DNA of 64,000 nt, from contig SMSO01000035.1 in assembly GCA_004764695.1 (NCBI GenBank), positions 3,980,040-4,044,039 of the forward strand. Direction: 5' to 3'. Source of the DNA: Schizochytrium sp. TIO01 (taxonomy: Eukaryota > Protista > Bigyra: Labyrinthulomycetes). The position numbers were made by a program, and so were the translations under genes. The number at the start of each line of letters is the position of its first letter. The stretch's first letter is position 1. Under the pieces are notes generated by a model. It did no database searches. It saw only the letters and a program-made list of their open reading frames with translations, and was not told the DNA's origin. Positions 17,703-31,300 of this stretch are shown in pieces.

Positions 17703-19303
17703 TGCCTCATTAATTGCCTCTTTCCTGGTTCAAGGCCGCCGCTGTAAAAGGCGCATCAAAAGGCTTAATTATATAAATGAAAAGCTTTTGCTTCTTGTTA
17801 TGTTGAAAAACAAATGAATGAACTATATAAAATAAAGGTTTTTTTCAATAGACCCTTTTATTCTGAATGAATCAACTTCTTTATTTTCTCTTGCTAGAGC
17901 CTTTGCTGACAGTGAGCAATTAAAGCATGCCTTTCAGGTCTTTTGTCCTTGTTTCACTAAGTTATTTTCAGTACACACGAATCAAAAGTTTAGCTAGTGA
18001 AGATAAATTAAATGAAGAACAAACTGAATCCCCAATCATCTTGAATCTCAGAACCATGAGTAAATTATCCTTTTCAGTAAATACGTGCTTATTCTGGTGT
18101 CTATGCGCCTTGCCCTCACCTTTTAAACTTTAGTCTGGAACGACGAGGGGGGGGGCGATTCTTGTTTGTTGTCCTGCTCCATTGCTTTAGTTTATCTATA
18201 TACTCCAGCCAGTGCGTGCAGTTGTACTTCCCACCTTATTTCTATCGTCCTGACACTAGTTGCCATTGCTTAATAGAGGTCCGAGCCTCCGAAGATACTC
18301 CAATTTTGGGAAACAAGTAGGAACCTCTCTTCTATCCCATGCGTGATGTAAGTCTATTTTAAGGTGGAAATGTTGTTTGATCCCGTGGAGGTCATTACCT
18401 ACTACTGCAGTTTTTAGTAATTAGAATTAGTACCTTAATTAAACCGTTGGCAGAAGACGAGTCGAAAGAGACCACGACGGATCATTACACGTAGCTCTGG
18501 GTGCTTAAGTGGTAGTGCTGCTGCTGCAGAGATCAACTTACTTCAAGCGTCCTTTTTGTCTATTTGTGTAACGACTCTCACTTATGTCTCCTCCTGTCAA
18601 TCCCTTCTAGAGAGTACTAGATTGATTATGTTTAAGTGCCGAGGGGTAAGCCCACATCAGTCTCGTCCCTCTGCTTGACCATTTCATTCGGTGATTAATT
18701 TCATAAATATTAAAGAAGAGAGCATGCACTGATGCTCTACTTGGTGTTGATTCGAAAGGGCCACTTAAGCTTGCCAAAGTCAGCAACGCACCGAAATGCA
18801 GAAAACAAGTTCGTACCTTAAAGTGCATTGAGTGGGCTGCAACGGCACCATTATATAACTCTTGTAATTTTTACCTTCCTTCTAATTGTGCCTCCTCAAA
18901 ACAATAGCTTTGCCGTAGCTGTTTTCAGTAGTGGCTTTCATAGCAAGTGGCCCAGAGTTCCTGAGCAGCCCTGGATGTGATAATATGAGAGATGATAAGT
19001 AGAAAAGCTTTGAATTGACGAAGGGCATGAGCCAAAGCAAGTATAGCAAAGTAGTTGGAGCACAATTGGGGCGTGCTCGACGCACTCGCCTGGTGAGGGT
19101 CTTTCTACTGAAGCGGGAACCTTTTCAAGCACGGTGCATAGCTGAGAAGCGTGCTCGTGCTTCCGCATAACCTTCTCAAAGACCCGCGACGAGCTGGCAG
19201 TTCCAAACACCAAGCCTCGCTCGGGCGCAAACTTGAATTTGCAGCGCCCTCAATAGGGGCTGGGCACGCAATTAGCATGATCTGTAGATTAATTTCGCGA
19301 GAT

Positions 19304-22300
19304 ATGGGCTCGAGGAATAGTTCATATGCAGAGTCACCAAGGAGGAATCCAGATGAAATACCCAAATCAGTTCAAGCTGTGTACCCAAGGAGCTACAAGG
19401 TAGGAAAGAGATGGCCAGGAATCTACAAATCTTCTTTCGCAATCCTCGCTGCACTTCTTACATTGCTGCAAATCATTTCGCCGTCAAAGGGCGAGGTTGC
19501 TTTTGCTGATACATGTGCGTGCCCAGACTCATCACCGTGTCCTTCGTTTTGTCTCGAGTGCGACTCCTACGACAGTGAATGCACGAGTGGCAAAACAAAC
19601 GCACGATGCAACGGCGAAGACAATCAAAATTGTCCAGATGGATATGATAAAAGAGCTCAAACAGGAACTATCTGGCGATGCAGCTACGGAGGAACATACT
19701 ACACAATGTATCACTGCCACAGGTATTGTTTAGGAATCTTGACTGGAAAGTGCAACCTGTGCCAGGATGGATACTATGCATATAATGAGAATCAAACCTG
19801 CGCACTGTGTGATGCAGGTCATTATTGTCACTCTGGTCAAGACCAAGGGCCTTGCGATAAGGGATATTTTTGCGAGGCAGGAAGTACAAGTGCAACTGAA
19901 GCACCTTGCCCAGCAGGCACATATGGTTCGACAACAGGCCTTGAAGATTCTAGCTGCTCGGGGCCCTGCCAAGCGGGTTATTACTGCCCGGAGGGATCAA
20001 CAAATGCAACAGTTAAGCCTTGCTTCGCTGGACAATGGGGTGGCAGTGGCCAAACCAATGGTTATTGTAGTGGCTCGTGTTCTGCTGGATACTACTGTCC
20101 TCAGGGAAGCGCTAGCTCGAAGGCGCATGCTTGTGGAGATGCTTCAAAATATTGCCCAGAGGGAAGTTCAACACCCACTGCAGTTTCTGATGGATTTTAC
20201 TCGACGCCTGTATCCCTTCCTGAGAATGTCAGGACTACAGAAACAGTATGTCCAAAGGGCTCTTATTGCTCGGGTGGCCAAAAGACTACTTGCCCAGCAG
20301 GAAACTACGCTCCATCTATCGGTTTGTCTTCTTGCTTGGAGTATGTTTGCACCGCAGGGTATTACTGCCCAGAGGGATCAACTTCTTCCACTGCGGGACC
20401 ATGTTATACAGGTGATACACAACCTACTTACCCCGCTATGTATTATTGCCCGGCTGGTGCCACGGCTCCTGCTCAAGTACTTGATGGATATTTTACAACT
20501 CCAGAGAGTGCTTTGGCTTACCATAGAACTGGAATGGAGCTTGCAGACTCGACATTATACGTCACACGCTATGGAACTCGTTATCGAAAAGTTCAATGGC
20601 AAGGGGATTGTACTGGCGATTCTGGCACGCTACAGATTTTAGAGCTAACAAATGATGGGCGAGGCGATGCAAGCGAGGGTGCTCTTCTAACAACTTTTCA
20701 GGTTTATGACAACATCAACCAAATTCAGCTGGAAAGCGGTGCTTTGACTTTTGTAGATGCCGCCGGAGATTCCACTATCCTTTCCTCGTCCTTGAATGCT
20801 GCAGATTGTATATCATATGTGCAAGAGTACGGCTTTCCATTTGAAATCACTGAGAGCAGTGATCTCGAAATCCGAACGAACTTCTCTCTTGACTATGAGG
20901 TTTGTCCTAAATTTGTATTTGATGTTCTTGCAACCAGCGCAAATGGAGAGGCCACCTCGACATGCCGTTTGACCGTTAATGTCGAAAATGAGAATGACAA
21001 ACCTTACTTTGAGTATACTACTACGGCAGGGTATCCATACGCACAGCCAGCCACAAAAGATTTCTATGTAGAGGAGAGATCTGATGTTAATACCGGCGTG
21101 GGATCACCAATTCATGCTAATGATGAAGATGTTGGGCAAGAAATATCCTTTGAAATCGTTTCGGGAGAAGGCGACGAGGCTGAAAACATGTTCTACATTG
21201 GTTCATGTTCGGGTCAGCTTTATGTGCTTGATTCAAACCTTGATTACATCACCAAAGACACATATAACTTGGTCATTCGCGTTTGTGATGATGGGAACTT
21301 TTTTGGTTCATCGGGCGTGACACAATGCTCTGTAGATGCAAATATCACAATCCATGTCCAAGACGTGAATGACTCACCTTTCTGGAGTACTTCTCCGTAC
21401 GAAATTACGTCCTTTTATGTGCCAGAGAATTCCCCCGAGAATACTCTTCTCACTCCATATTGCCAAAATGGTACAGATGAGGTTCCCTGTTCCGAATTAG
21501 ACTCCTCAATTGGCGGGCTTCTAGTCGATGATCTTGATCTTGCTAGCGATGGGTCTTCTACGTCAGATATCATGATTTATACCATTACAAGGAACGTGAA
21601 CGATTATTTTGCAGCGGTATCCTGTGATCGAGAAAACAATATTGACGAATGCACATTATCTAACGGGGTAAACGCACCGGCAGGAGCACTCCGTGTTACT
21701 CAGGTTGCAGACTTAAACTATGAAGAACAGACAACCTATACAATTGCTGTTCGTGTTAATGATGGTCGAGGTGGAGTGAACTCTACGGAAGTGACCATAA
21801 AGATTACTGATGCGAATGACCCTCCAACATGGCCCACCAATAAAGAGTTAGGCGCGCTTCAAATCGCCGAAAACAATGCTAACGGATACGTCTCCATTTT
21901 TGCCAACGATGAGGATGCAGGGGATATACTCACGTATGAGGTGGTCCAAGTGGCTGATAAAGATGAAAATTTATACACAAACTTGTTTGTGATTGACCCC
22001 GACAGTCCAAGCGCTGCAGAAGGAGAAACTGTAAAACTAGAGCTTGGAACCAATGGTCCTCTAGATTTCGAATCAGTCCAATTCTACTATGTGACTGTCA
22101 ATGCCACCGACTCTGGGGGGCTCTCAACTGGTCGTGTTCTAAATATTACAGTACAAGACGTGAATGAAAGCCCAACTATTACAACGACTGACCTCTACGT
22201 AGCTGAGAATGTTGCATATGGCACACAAATTAATGGTGCAGTACAATTCACTGATCCTGATGAGGGCCAAATTGGATTTTTCTCAATAGAATCTGGATCT

Positions 22301-25300
22301 GATTCAAGTTATTTCGCTATCGGCACTACTTCAGGAATTATTTCTGTCCGTGGTGATCTGAATTACGAACAGAAAAACGTATATACAGTTCAGGTCTCTG
22401 TCACTGACAATGGTGTTCCAAGTAAGAAAACGACATCTGCTATTACTATCCATGTGACAGATGAACCCGAACCACCCACGTTCGAAAGTGGACAAACCTT
22501 TACAGTAACGGAAACTCCAGAGATTGATACAGACTGGGCCGTGCTCATCAATGTAACAGATGAAGATGCCGGGGATTCAGCCACTCTGTACATTGACAGT
22601 CAGTACATTGCAAGCAATGGAAAACCTGTAGAATACTTTGCTGTGAGTAACCTTAGCCTAATCGAGAATATTAACTCGGATCCACCAAACTATGAGTCTG
22701 CTCTCTTCACAACATACAATGACAAACGCATCATTGTGAGCTTATATGCATTAGATACCACTGGGTTGAACTCATCTTCGACAGTGACGATCACAGTAGT
22801 GGATGCAAACGATCGGCCGGTTCTCGAAAATGCTACTGTTGGCGTTCCCGCACATATATCTGAGTGCGACAAGAGTGCCCCTTGTAGCCCTGGGTACGAG
22901 GTTCTAAACATTTATGAGCTGTGTACAGACGAAGATCTTGATTCAGATGAACTCATCACAGAAATGACGTATACCATTCTCTCCGGCAATGAAGACGAAA
23001 CCTTCGGTATTGAAGATGGTGTGTTAACAGTCATTAATGTAACCGAGAACATTCGACAAGAAAATTTCATTTACAACCTTACGATCGAAGCCACAGATCA
23101 TGCAACTACTCCTTTGACGAGTTCACCGGCATACATTCAGGTTAAGGTAACCGGTGAAAATTATCCTCCTACACTGAATTCATTTACCCTTACACTTGCG
23201 GAAAACACAGAAGCCAATGGTCAAGTTCTCATCAACGACTTCAATGCTTCTGACCCAAACAACGATGCAAATACACCAATGCAAGGATTAGTCTTTGATA
23301 TCTCAAAAGTCTCTCCAACTAGCGCAGCGGATGTGTTCGACTTGGATTCGTCTAATGGAACTCTCTACTTGATGGAGACAATTGACTATGAGACAATGAC
23401 GGACTCTAGCGGAAAGATTACGGTATACGTGCGTGTGCGCGACAACTTTGGAGATTCTTCTTCTCTGAGCACGATTGGAACAGTTACAATTACAGTCACT
23501 GACGTTAATGAGCCTCCCAGTTTCTCTGCCTCCACTTATTCCGTTTCTGTCACTGAAGGTACTTCTGTTGGGGTTATTACAACAATCGAGGCATCGGATC
23601 CGGATGAAGCTGACGATGGACAACTAGTGTACTCCCTGCCAAATATTACAACAGGTCTTTTCGTAGTTAACTCTGCAACGGGAGCTATCAGCACAACTTC
23701 AGTGTTAGATTTTGAAAGCCCGCAAAGCCCGTGTAAGCTATCCAGTGGTGCACTTCACCAATGCAGTATTGACTTGATGGTCACAGACACAGCTGGGCAC
23801 TCAGCATTGACTGTGGTTAAAGTCAGCGTTATCAATGTTAATGAAAAGCCCAACTATATTGGAACAGGATGTGAAACAGGTTTCACATGTACTTCAAGCA
23901 TTTTGACCAAAGAAACTTCTGTAACGATTCCAGAATCGTCTTACATTAGCTCAGCGTTGAAAGTCGCAACATTTAAAGCAAGTGACCCTGATTACATCTC
24001 AGGATATAAACTTGCGTTTGCAACCCTTTCATTTTCTTTCCCTGATGGCGAAGAGTTAGATTCCGGTGCTTCAAGAGTTGATGAGCTCTTCCGTCTCGAC
24101 TCATCTGGTGGCCTTTACCTTGTCGGCCATCTGGATTTTGAAAACAGGTCAAGCTATACTTATGATATTGTTGTCTCCGATGAAAGTAATGGCGTATATG
24201 CTGCTCTGCAGGATACATTTACACTCACAATACATGTCGCTGACGTCAACGATATATCAACAGTAAATGCCACAACAGTTGACACTCCGTGGCCAACAGG
24301 TGGTGGAGCCAGCGTCAATATTACGGGAGATAACTTTGGCCCACGGGAGTACAAAATTGATACCGACAATGCAACAATGCCAGACGTCCGTGTTTATCTT
24401 GTTCAAAAATCGACTCTACGAACATTTGAAGCAAGTGGATGCTATGTTGCATCGGCTACGTCGGTGCTTTGCTCATCTTCTCCTTCGGGTGTTGGAGAAG
24501 AACTATATTGGATGTTATCTTACCCAGGTTTGGGATACAACTCATCGATTGATTTTGATGATGAAAGTCTTGCTAATCGCTTTCAAGATCCAGTCATAAC
24601 TTCCGTCTCAGGTGCAACCGCGTTCCCAACAGCAGGTGGGGCCACTTTCTCAGTGTATGGGACAGATCTTGGAGCGGCAGACTTAGAATTTACACCTACT
24701 GTGGAGGTTCGCTACCGTTCAGCGACCGCTCGTTCAACAGTATTTACTGCGACAAATTGCGGAATCGTTAGCTCCGAGCAGGTGACATGTACCTCCTCCC
24801 CAAGTTCAGGTCCAAAACTAGAGTTCATGGTTGTCATCCAGGGTCAAGAAGCCTTAGAATGGTATGGAAACGGATCGGTTTATTCTCATGCAATACCAGT
24901 CATTACAAGTCTTGCTTTTGAAGACAGCTCAACGACCCAAATGAACCCAAGTGGAGGCTCATCTTCGAATGGAATTGTTCTCACTGGCACAAATTTTGGA
25001 CCATTAGGTACAAGCATCGTTGTCACGTACGGACCATCTACACAACTGACTAAATTCACAGCTTCATCCTGCTCAGTGAAGGTCGCGCATAAATCTGTTC
25101 GTTGTGTTTATGTTGCAGGAACTGGAAGCGATCTTAAATTTACAATTGCAGTGAACTCAGTTATATCGTCAGCAAGTACACAGGGCCTTTCGTATACTGG
25201 TCCAATTATTGATAGCATTTCTGGAGCCGGGGCAGAGAACGCACGCACAAGTGGTGGCGAAACCGTTTATATTAAAGGCAGTGGTTTTGGACCTGTCACG

Positions 25301-28300
25301 ACCTCGTCCAACTCTACCCTTGTTGTACAATATGGTGGAGAAAATGCTGACAAATATACAGCAGTGGATTGTGCCGTCACAAAACATGACACAACGATCA
25401 CATGTCAAACTACCAGTGGTACAGGTCCTACTTTGTATTGGAAAGTGACAGTTTCGGGCCAAAGCTCAGCCATCTCTACAGTGTCTACAAGTTATTCAGC
25501 TCCCACAATCAACTATTTTGAAGGACAAAGTACTGATGCCATAACTGAAGGTGGAGATGAAATTGTTCTAGTGGGCGTGGATTTTGGCGATGATTCAGAT
25601 CTTATAAATGTCACATTTGGCCCCACGGGTCAAGAATACATCGCACGTAATTGCATAATTGACCCAGACAACCTTCATACAAAAATTATTTGCGAACTTC
25701 CTCCTGGGATCGGTGATGAACTAAAGTGGACAGTGGTTGTAGACACGCAAGCCTCAAAGGTTCCTACATCAAGTTATCGAGCTCCTACAATTACATCTCT
25801 AGTTGGAGACCCTATTGATAATGGAGCGAAGACAAGTGGCGGTGAGACATTTAAAATCTATGGTACTGATTTTGGTCCACGCAGCGTGCAGCAGCGTGAG
25901 CAGCAGTATGAATTCACATATGGTGTGACAGCCGGTAGTAATTATCAAGCAATAAATTGCGTCATTCTTCCATCTGAGCCGAGTTATCTTACCATCTATA
26001 CAGCTTCTTCTCAAAATGCTACGATTGATTCTGGGTACTTCGTCTTAGAGGTTAATTCGGTGGAAACACAGGCTTTGCAATACGATGCTAGTGCAGAAGA
26101 TTTAGCCGCTGCTTTATTCGAAGTTACTGAAGGTGTCGTCTTCAACGTGACAAGGGCCTCCAATTGCCTAGTCCTGTCACCTACTTCTAATTCGCAGTGG
26201 AATGGCGGCTGTCGCTGGACCATTACAACCCCGTCGCTTCCACGTGAAACCATTTCGGTTTCCACTAATGCATTGACAGCTGATGGTGCTGCAGCATACG
26301 CAAGTGTAAGTCAACCTGACCTCGGAGCATCATCCGCTCAATGCACCACTGTACCAGGTGTTGGTGCTGACTTAGACTTTGTTGCAACAATTGGTGGCCA
26401 AGAGTCAAATGTCTCCACCGTATTTTTGTCTTATATTGCACCTTCAATAACATCGTACGTACCAGCACTCGGCGTATCTGCGGAAGACTTTGTGCTTACT
26501 GTAAACGGCAATAATTTTGGTATCGAGGATATAACTGTTATGTTTGCTGGAACCCTGATGCAAGATGCTTCGCAAACTCACACTAAAGTTGAGTTTTCGA
26601 TTCCTGAGGTATTGCAACGAAATCAAAACAATGTCGTTCAGATCGAAGTTGGTGGTCAAACTGTCACAAGTTCATATAGCTTTCAGGCACCCAGAATTCA
26701 ATATGTTACAGCAGTGAGCCCACCTGAGGTTCTTGAAGGACCTCCTCAAGAGATTGTCATCCGAGGTACGGGCTTTGGGTATTATCAACCAGAATTAAAT
26801 GATGCGGTTACCGTCGATGGACAAGAATGCATTATTTCCCAATGGACACATGAGGCAATTTTGTGCAATCTTACAAAGCTTGATGGCACAATGCGTATTA
26901 CTGTTGGTGAGTTATATGGAGAACTGCCTAATTTTTCATATAGTGGTCTACTTACGCAACCGGTTATTCACAACGTGAGCAGATGCGATGACGCTAGTGA
27001 AAGCATTGGTTGCATTAGCGCATGCGTAAACGAAGACGATGCGTACTGTACAACCCAGGGTGATTATAAAGTTGTTATTTTTGGCCAGAACCTTGGTTCT
27101 GGCATCAACGGAGTCGTGTATATCAACGGAGAGGAGTGTGAAGTTGAAGATGCTCTGCTGGATTACACCGACAACAAGACCATATGTTCTGTACCAGAAG
27201 GAGAAGGCAGTGGTCCAGTGATTGTCCAGCATGCTTTCAAGCGTTCCAACGAGAGTGTTATTTTTTACTATGACCGACCACACTTAAATTCTGCGAGCCC
27301 TGACCGCGGTTCAACTCCTGGAAACACTGAATTGCACCTTGTCGGACAGAACTTTGGTGTGTCAGGGCCTTTGGTAGATTTATTGGCCGAATGGGATCCA
27401 ACCTATTCTGATACTTGTGAAGTTGTTCGCTTCAACCATACGTATATTAAATGCATCTTACCACCAGGGCAAGGCAAAATGCGTATACGTGTTACTGCTG
27501 GTGAGCAGGAAAGCGATGGTAACTCTACATTTACCTATGATCCACCTTCGCTGAGTTATATATCTCCTGTTCATGGTTCCACCGAAGGAGGGTACAACAT
27601 GACGCTAGTAGGTTCAAACTTTGGTATACAAGGTAACGTTTTTGTCGGTGGTAGCATTTGTGACTTTTTATCCTACTCACACGAAGAGATCATATGCGCC
27701 GTGCCACCCGGTGCAGGTTCCCAGGTTGAGGTTCTCGTGGAATCAGGAGGTGCGAGTTCGAATGCCTTAAACTTTTCTTATGACCCCCCCTATGTTTCGA
27801 GTCTTGATCCTGGATATGGACCGACATCTGGAGGATCAGAGATAACTGTTCATGGTGAAAACTTTCATAATGCAGATCTATACGTACAGTTTGGCGAGTT
27901 CAACTGTACAGAACCGAATGCAACTTCTAGTACGCTTATTGTATGTACTTCGCCTGAAGGAATTGGCACGAACCTTAGCGTAATTGTATCAGTTAAGGGT
28001 CAAGCCACGGAGTCAGACAAGCCACTATTCAGCTTTAGCGCTCCTATTGTGACACGTGTTTCACCGGATCCTGTTGACGCATATGGAGGAGACGAGCTCG
28101 TCATCACGGGATCAAACTTTGGTAAAGACGAATTCGACGCGGATCCAGACAATGCTAGCGTGGAGGTTTTTGTTTCTGATGTAGAGTGCGAAACACCGCA
28201 TCGCTACAACCACACCAGAATTACTTGTGATGTTCGAAACGTTAGCGTTGGTGACCACCCTATCACACTCTATGTCGCAGAGCAGTCTGTCACGACCAGC

Positions 28301-31300
28301 AACAAAGATGGTCTTTTTGCTGCCTGTACCTCAGGATACTATGGGCAACCATCAGAGTATTGTCGAGTTTGCCCAGATAATGCCGAATGCCTTGGATACG
28401 TCAATGGCTGGCATTATGATCCAGCTAGTCTCGCTGGGTATGGTTCTTTGAATCGTAATACGTTTCAGGCATGTAATCCATCTTACGCATGCCTTGGAAA
28501 TGACACCTGTGCTGTAGGTTATGAACACCAAAGTACCTCGATGCATCTCTGTGGATTGTGCGCAGACAATTACTACAGACTTGATGGCGATTGTGTCGAG
28601 TGTCCAAAGATGGCATGGTTAATTCTTATTGGCTGCTTCTTCGTTGCAGGCTTCCTCTGCAGTGTAGCTTACTTCTTGACAAAGTATGGTGTACAACTAG
28701 CCGCAGTTTCAATCTGCATTGACTTCTGTCAGGTAGTGAGTTTGTTCTCTTCGTACGACTTTGCATGGCCGCGTGTCGTGTCAAGCGCGTACTCTGTTCT
28801 CTCAGCTTTCAACCTCAATCTTGAGCTTGCTTCTCCAGAGTGTAGTGTTGGCTGGGACTATGAAACCAAGTGGTACATTATGTATTTCATGCCAGTAGTC
28901 TTTGGTTTCATGTTCACAGGATCTTTTCTGATCGCTTTTGTCAAGCATATGTTCCGCAAAGTGCAAAAGGAAGTCAAGGTTAAAACAGGTATCTCAGTTG
29001 TTCCTTTCACAGGCGAGACAAATGAAAAGAATGCTCAAAAGACTAAACAGGTTACCGAGCGAGAGGTATCTCCAGACGAAAAAGTGTTGCTTGTCGATGA
29101 TGAAGATATGGAGTCTTACGATGCTTCATTTAATAAATTTATCGATGCAGAGTTTGGAGCTTTCCTTCTCATGTGTTATTACCTGTACATGTCTGTCATG
29201 AAAAAGTGCTTTGAGGTATATCGTTGTCAGGGTTCGCCGGTCCCTGTTTTGATTGCTGAGCCTTCAGAACCCTGCGATGATTCTGGAAGTTTTTATCCAC
29301 GGATTCACGCGCTCGCAGGTTTTGGCATATTCGTATATGGTGTTGGAATTCCAGGAGTTATTCTGTTTCTGTTGCTCAAACATCGAGACTTTATCAAGCA
29401 TGATCAACAAAGGCGTGAGCAGGCTCTCAAGCTCTCTGAAAACGAGGCTGCGAAGAGATTACAAAGTGCATTCCGTGGTTACTATGTGCGTCGTGTTGTT
29501 GATCCTCGTTCAATTCTTCGCCAACATAAGAAGTTGTCTAATATTGGTCGAACCAGGGCCAAGTTTGGAAAGTTGTATGAGGATTTCACGTCTGAATGTT
29601 ACTATTGGCGTCTTGTGCTGATGATGCGTAAGCTTCTTCTATCCATGATCAGCCTATTCCTTGATGACAAATTCAAGCAAAGCACTCTTGCATTTGGAAT
29701 TCTTTTTTCCAGTTATGCAATGCAAGTCAAGCTGCGTCCTTATTTGAGCCGGTTTCCTGATGACCTTGCAAAGCGCCGTCAGGCGAAAGCATATACAGAA
29801 TGGAAACGTCGAGCGGAGCTTCGTTCCGAAGTAAATCGTACGAAGGGAAGAGTCCGAGCGTTGCAGCTTGCAGTGTCTGCAAAAATGAAGCGCCTGGGTA
29901 TAAAGACAGCCCGAGATGATCGTCTCTTGAGAGAAAATATGGACTTCAAGCAACTTGAGGTTAATAAGGACATTGCAAAATGGGTCCACACAAGCAGAGA
30001 GGCGCACCGACAGAATGCGATCGATAATGGTTCTCTTGATCCAGACCAAGCAAGGAAAGAGACTGACGTGCAGCGTCGTTGGGGACTTTTACAACACTTC
30101 GTCACTGAAGCAGACAATAAAGATAAGTTTGAACTAAATGACGATGCATCCAAGTATCTCAAAAGCGATGCTCTACGCTGGATCTTCGACTACAATACAT
30201 TGGAAACGTTGTCTCTCGCAACTTTGATGTACATCCTTCTCTTTGGCCTTCTTTTTGATACCTACGAAGCGAGCTCTGATGACATCCGTATCAACGTCTT
30301 GGCAAGTATTACAATTGCCCTCTTCGTGATGGTAATTCTTCTCTTCATGTCGTCAGTTGTAATCGATGTGAAGCGGAAGTTCTGGCCTGCGGTTCGTGAC
30401 CATTTGTTAAAGCATGGCGTACGGGGTCTTGCTCCGAGAAAACTCATGCAGCGTCTGAGAGGTGTTGGCAAAGATGGCCCAGCACGAGCCAAAGTTCGCG
30501 CTGGGGCTACTGTAACACCCGCGCGAGACTCTGCCAAAGCTGTGCTTAATGGAGGCAGAGGCCAGTGGGTTAGCCCTGTAAATCCCTTCGCAACTTTAGA
30601 GAAACAGAACGCAGATCTAGTTCGTGCTGAGGAAGCCCGTTTGCAAGCTATCATGGCAAGCAAGATGAGGCATCAGGAGGAGCTACGCGAGCGTGAAGTG
30701 AAACGGCAGCAAGAACAAGCGCGCCTAGATGAGGAGTATCGTCTTAAAATGGAAAGTGTTGAAGCGGAACTTCGAGAGCTTGAGGAACAAGAAGCAGCTA
30801 TGCTCGACTCTTTCGAGGGCGACCACTTTGGAGAATCAGATGGAGATGAAGCAATGGCCGCGTTTGCGGAACAGGAGTTAGCCGCTGCAGTCGCTGAAGC
30901 TGACAATGTTGCCACTGTGGCTCCACTGCAACGTGATGAGGATGCAGACTCAGATATTGAAGAAGCGGATGCTGCTTTTCATGAAGCAAAGGACATGGAA
31001 GCGCGTGAAATGGAAGCACGTGAAATGGAAGAAGAAGGATTTGAAGCCGAGCAGGAAGTCTTGATGGCCCAGTTGGAGGCAGAGAAACAAGAAAAGCTCG
31101 TGGAATTGAAAGCTCGACAGAATGACGATATCAATGCTGCAATCGCCGAGCTCCAACGTCAAGCCGAGGAGGTTTGTGCAGGACATCGAAAACAACAAGA
31201 TGAGATTAAAGCACGATTACAGGAGCGCACTCTTCGCCGTGGCCGAAGTGTGCGTCGGCGTAAACGCAATGATGGCGGAGCAAATGATGACGGTACAAGT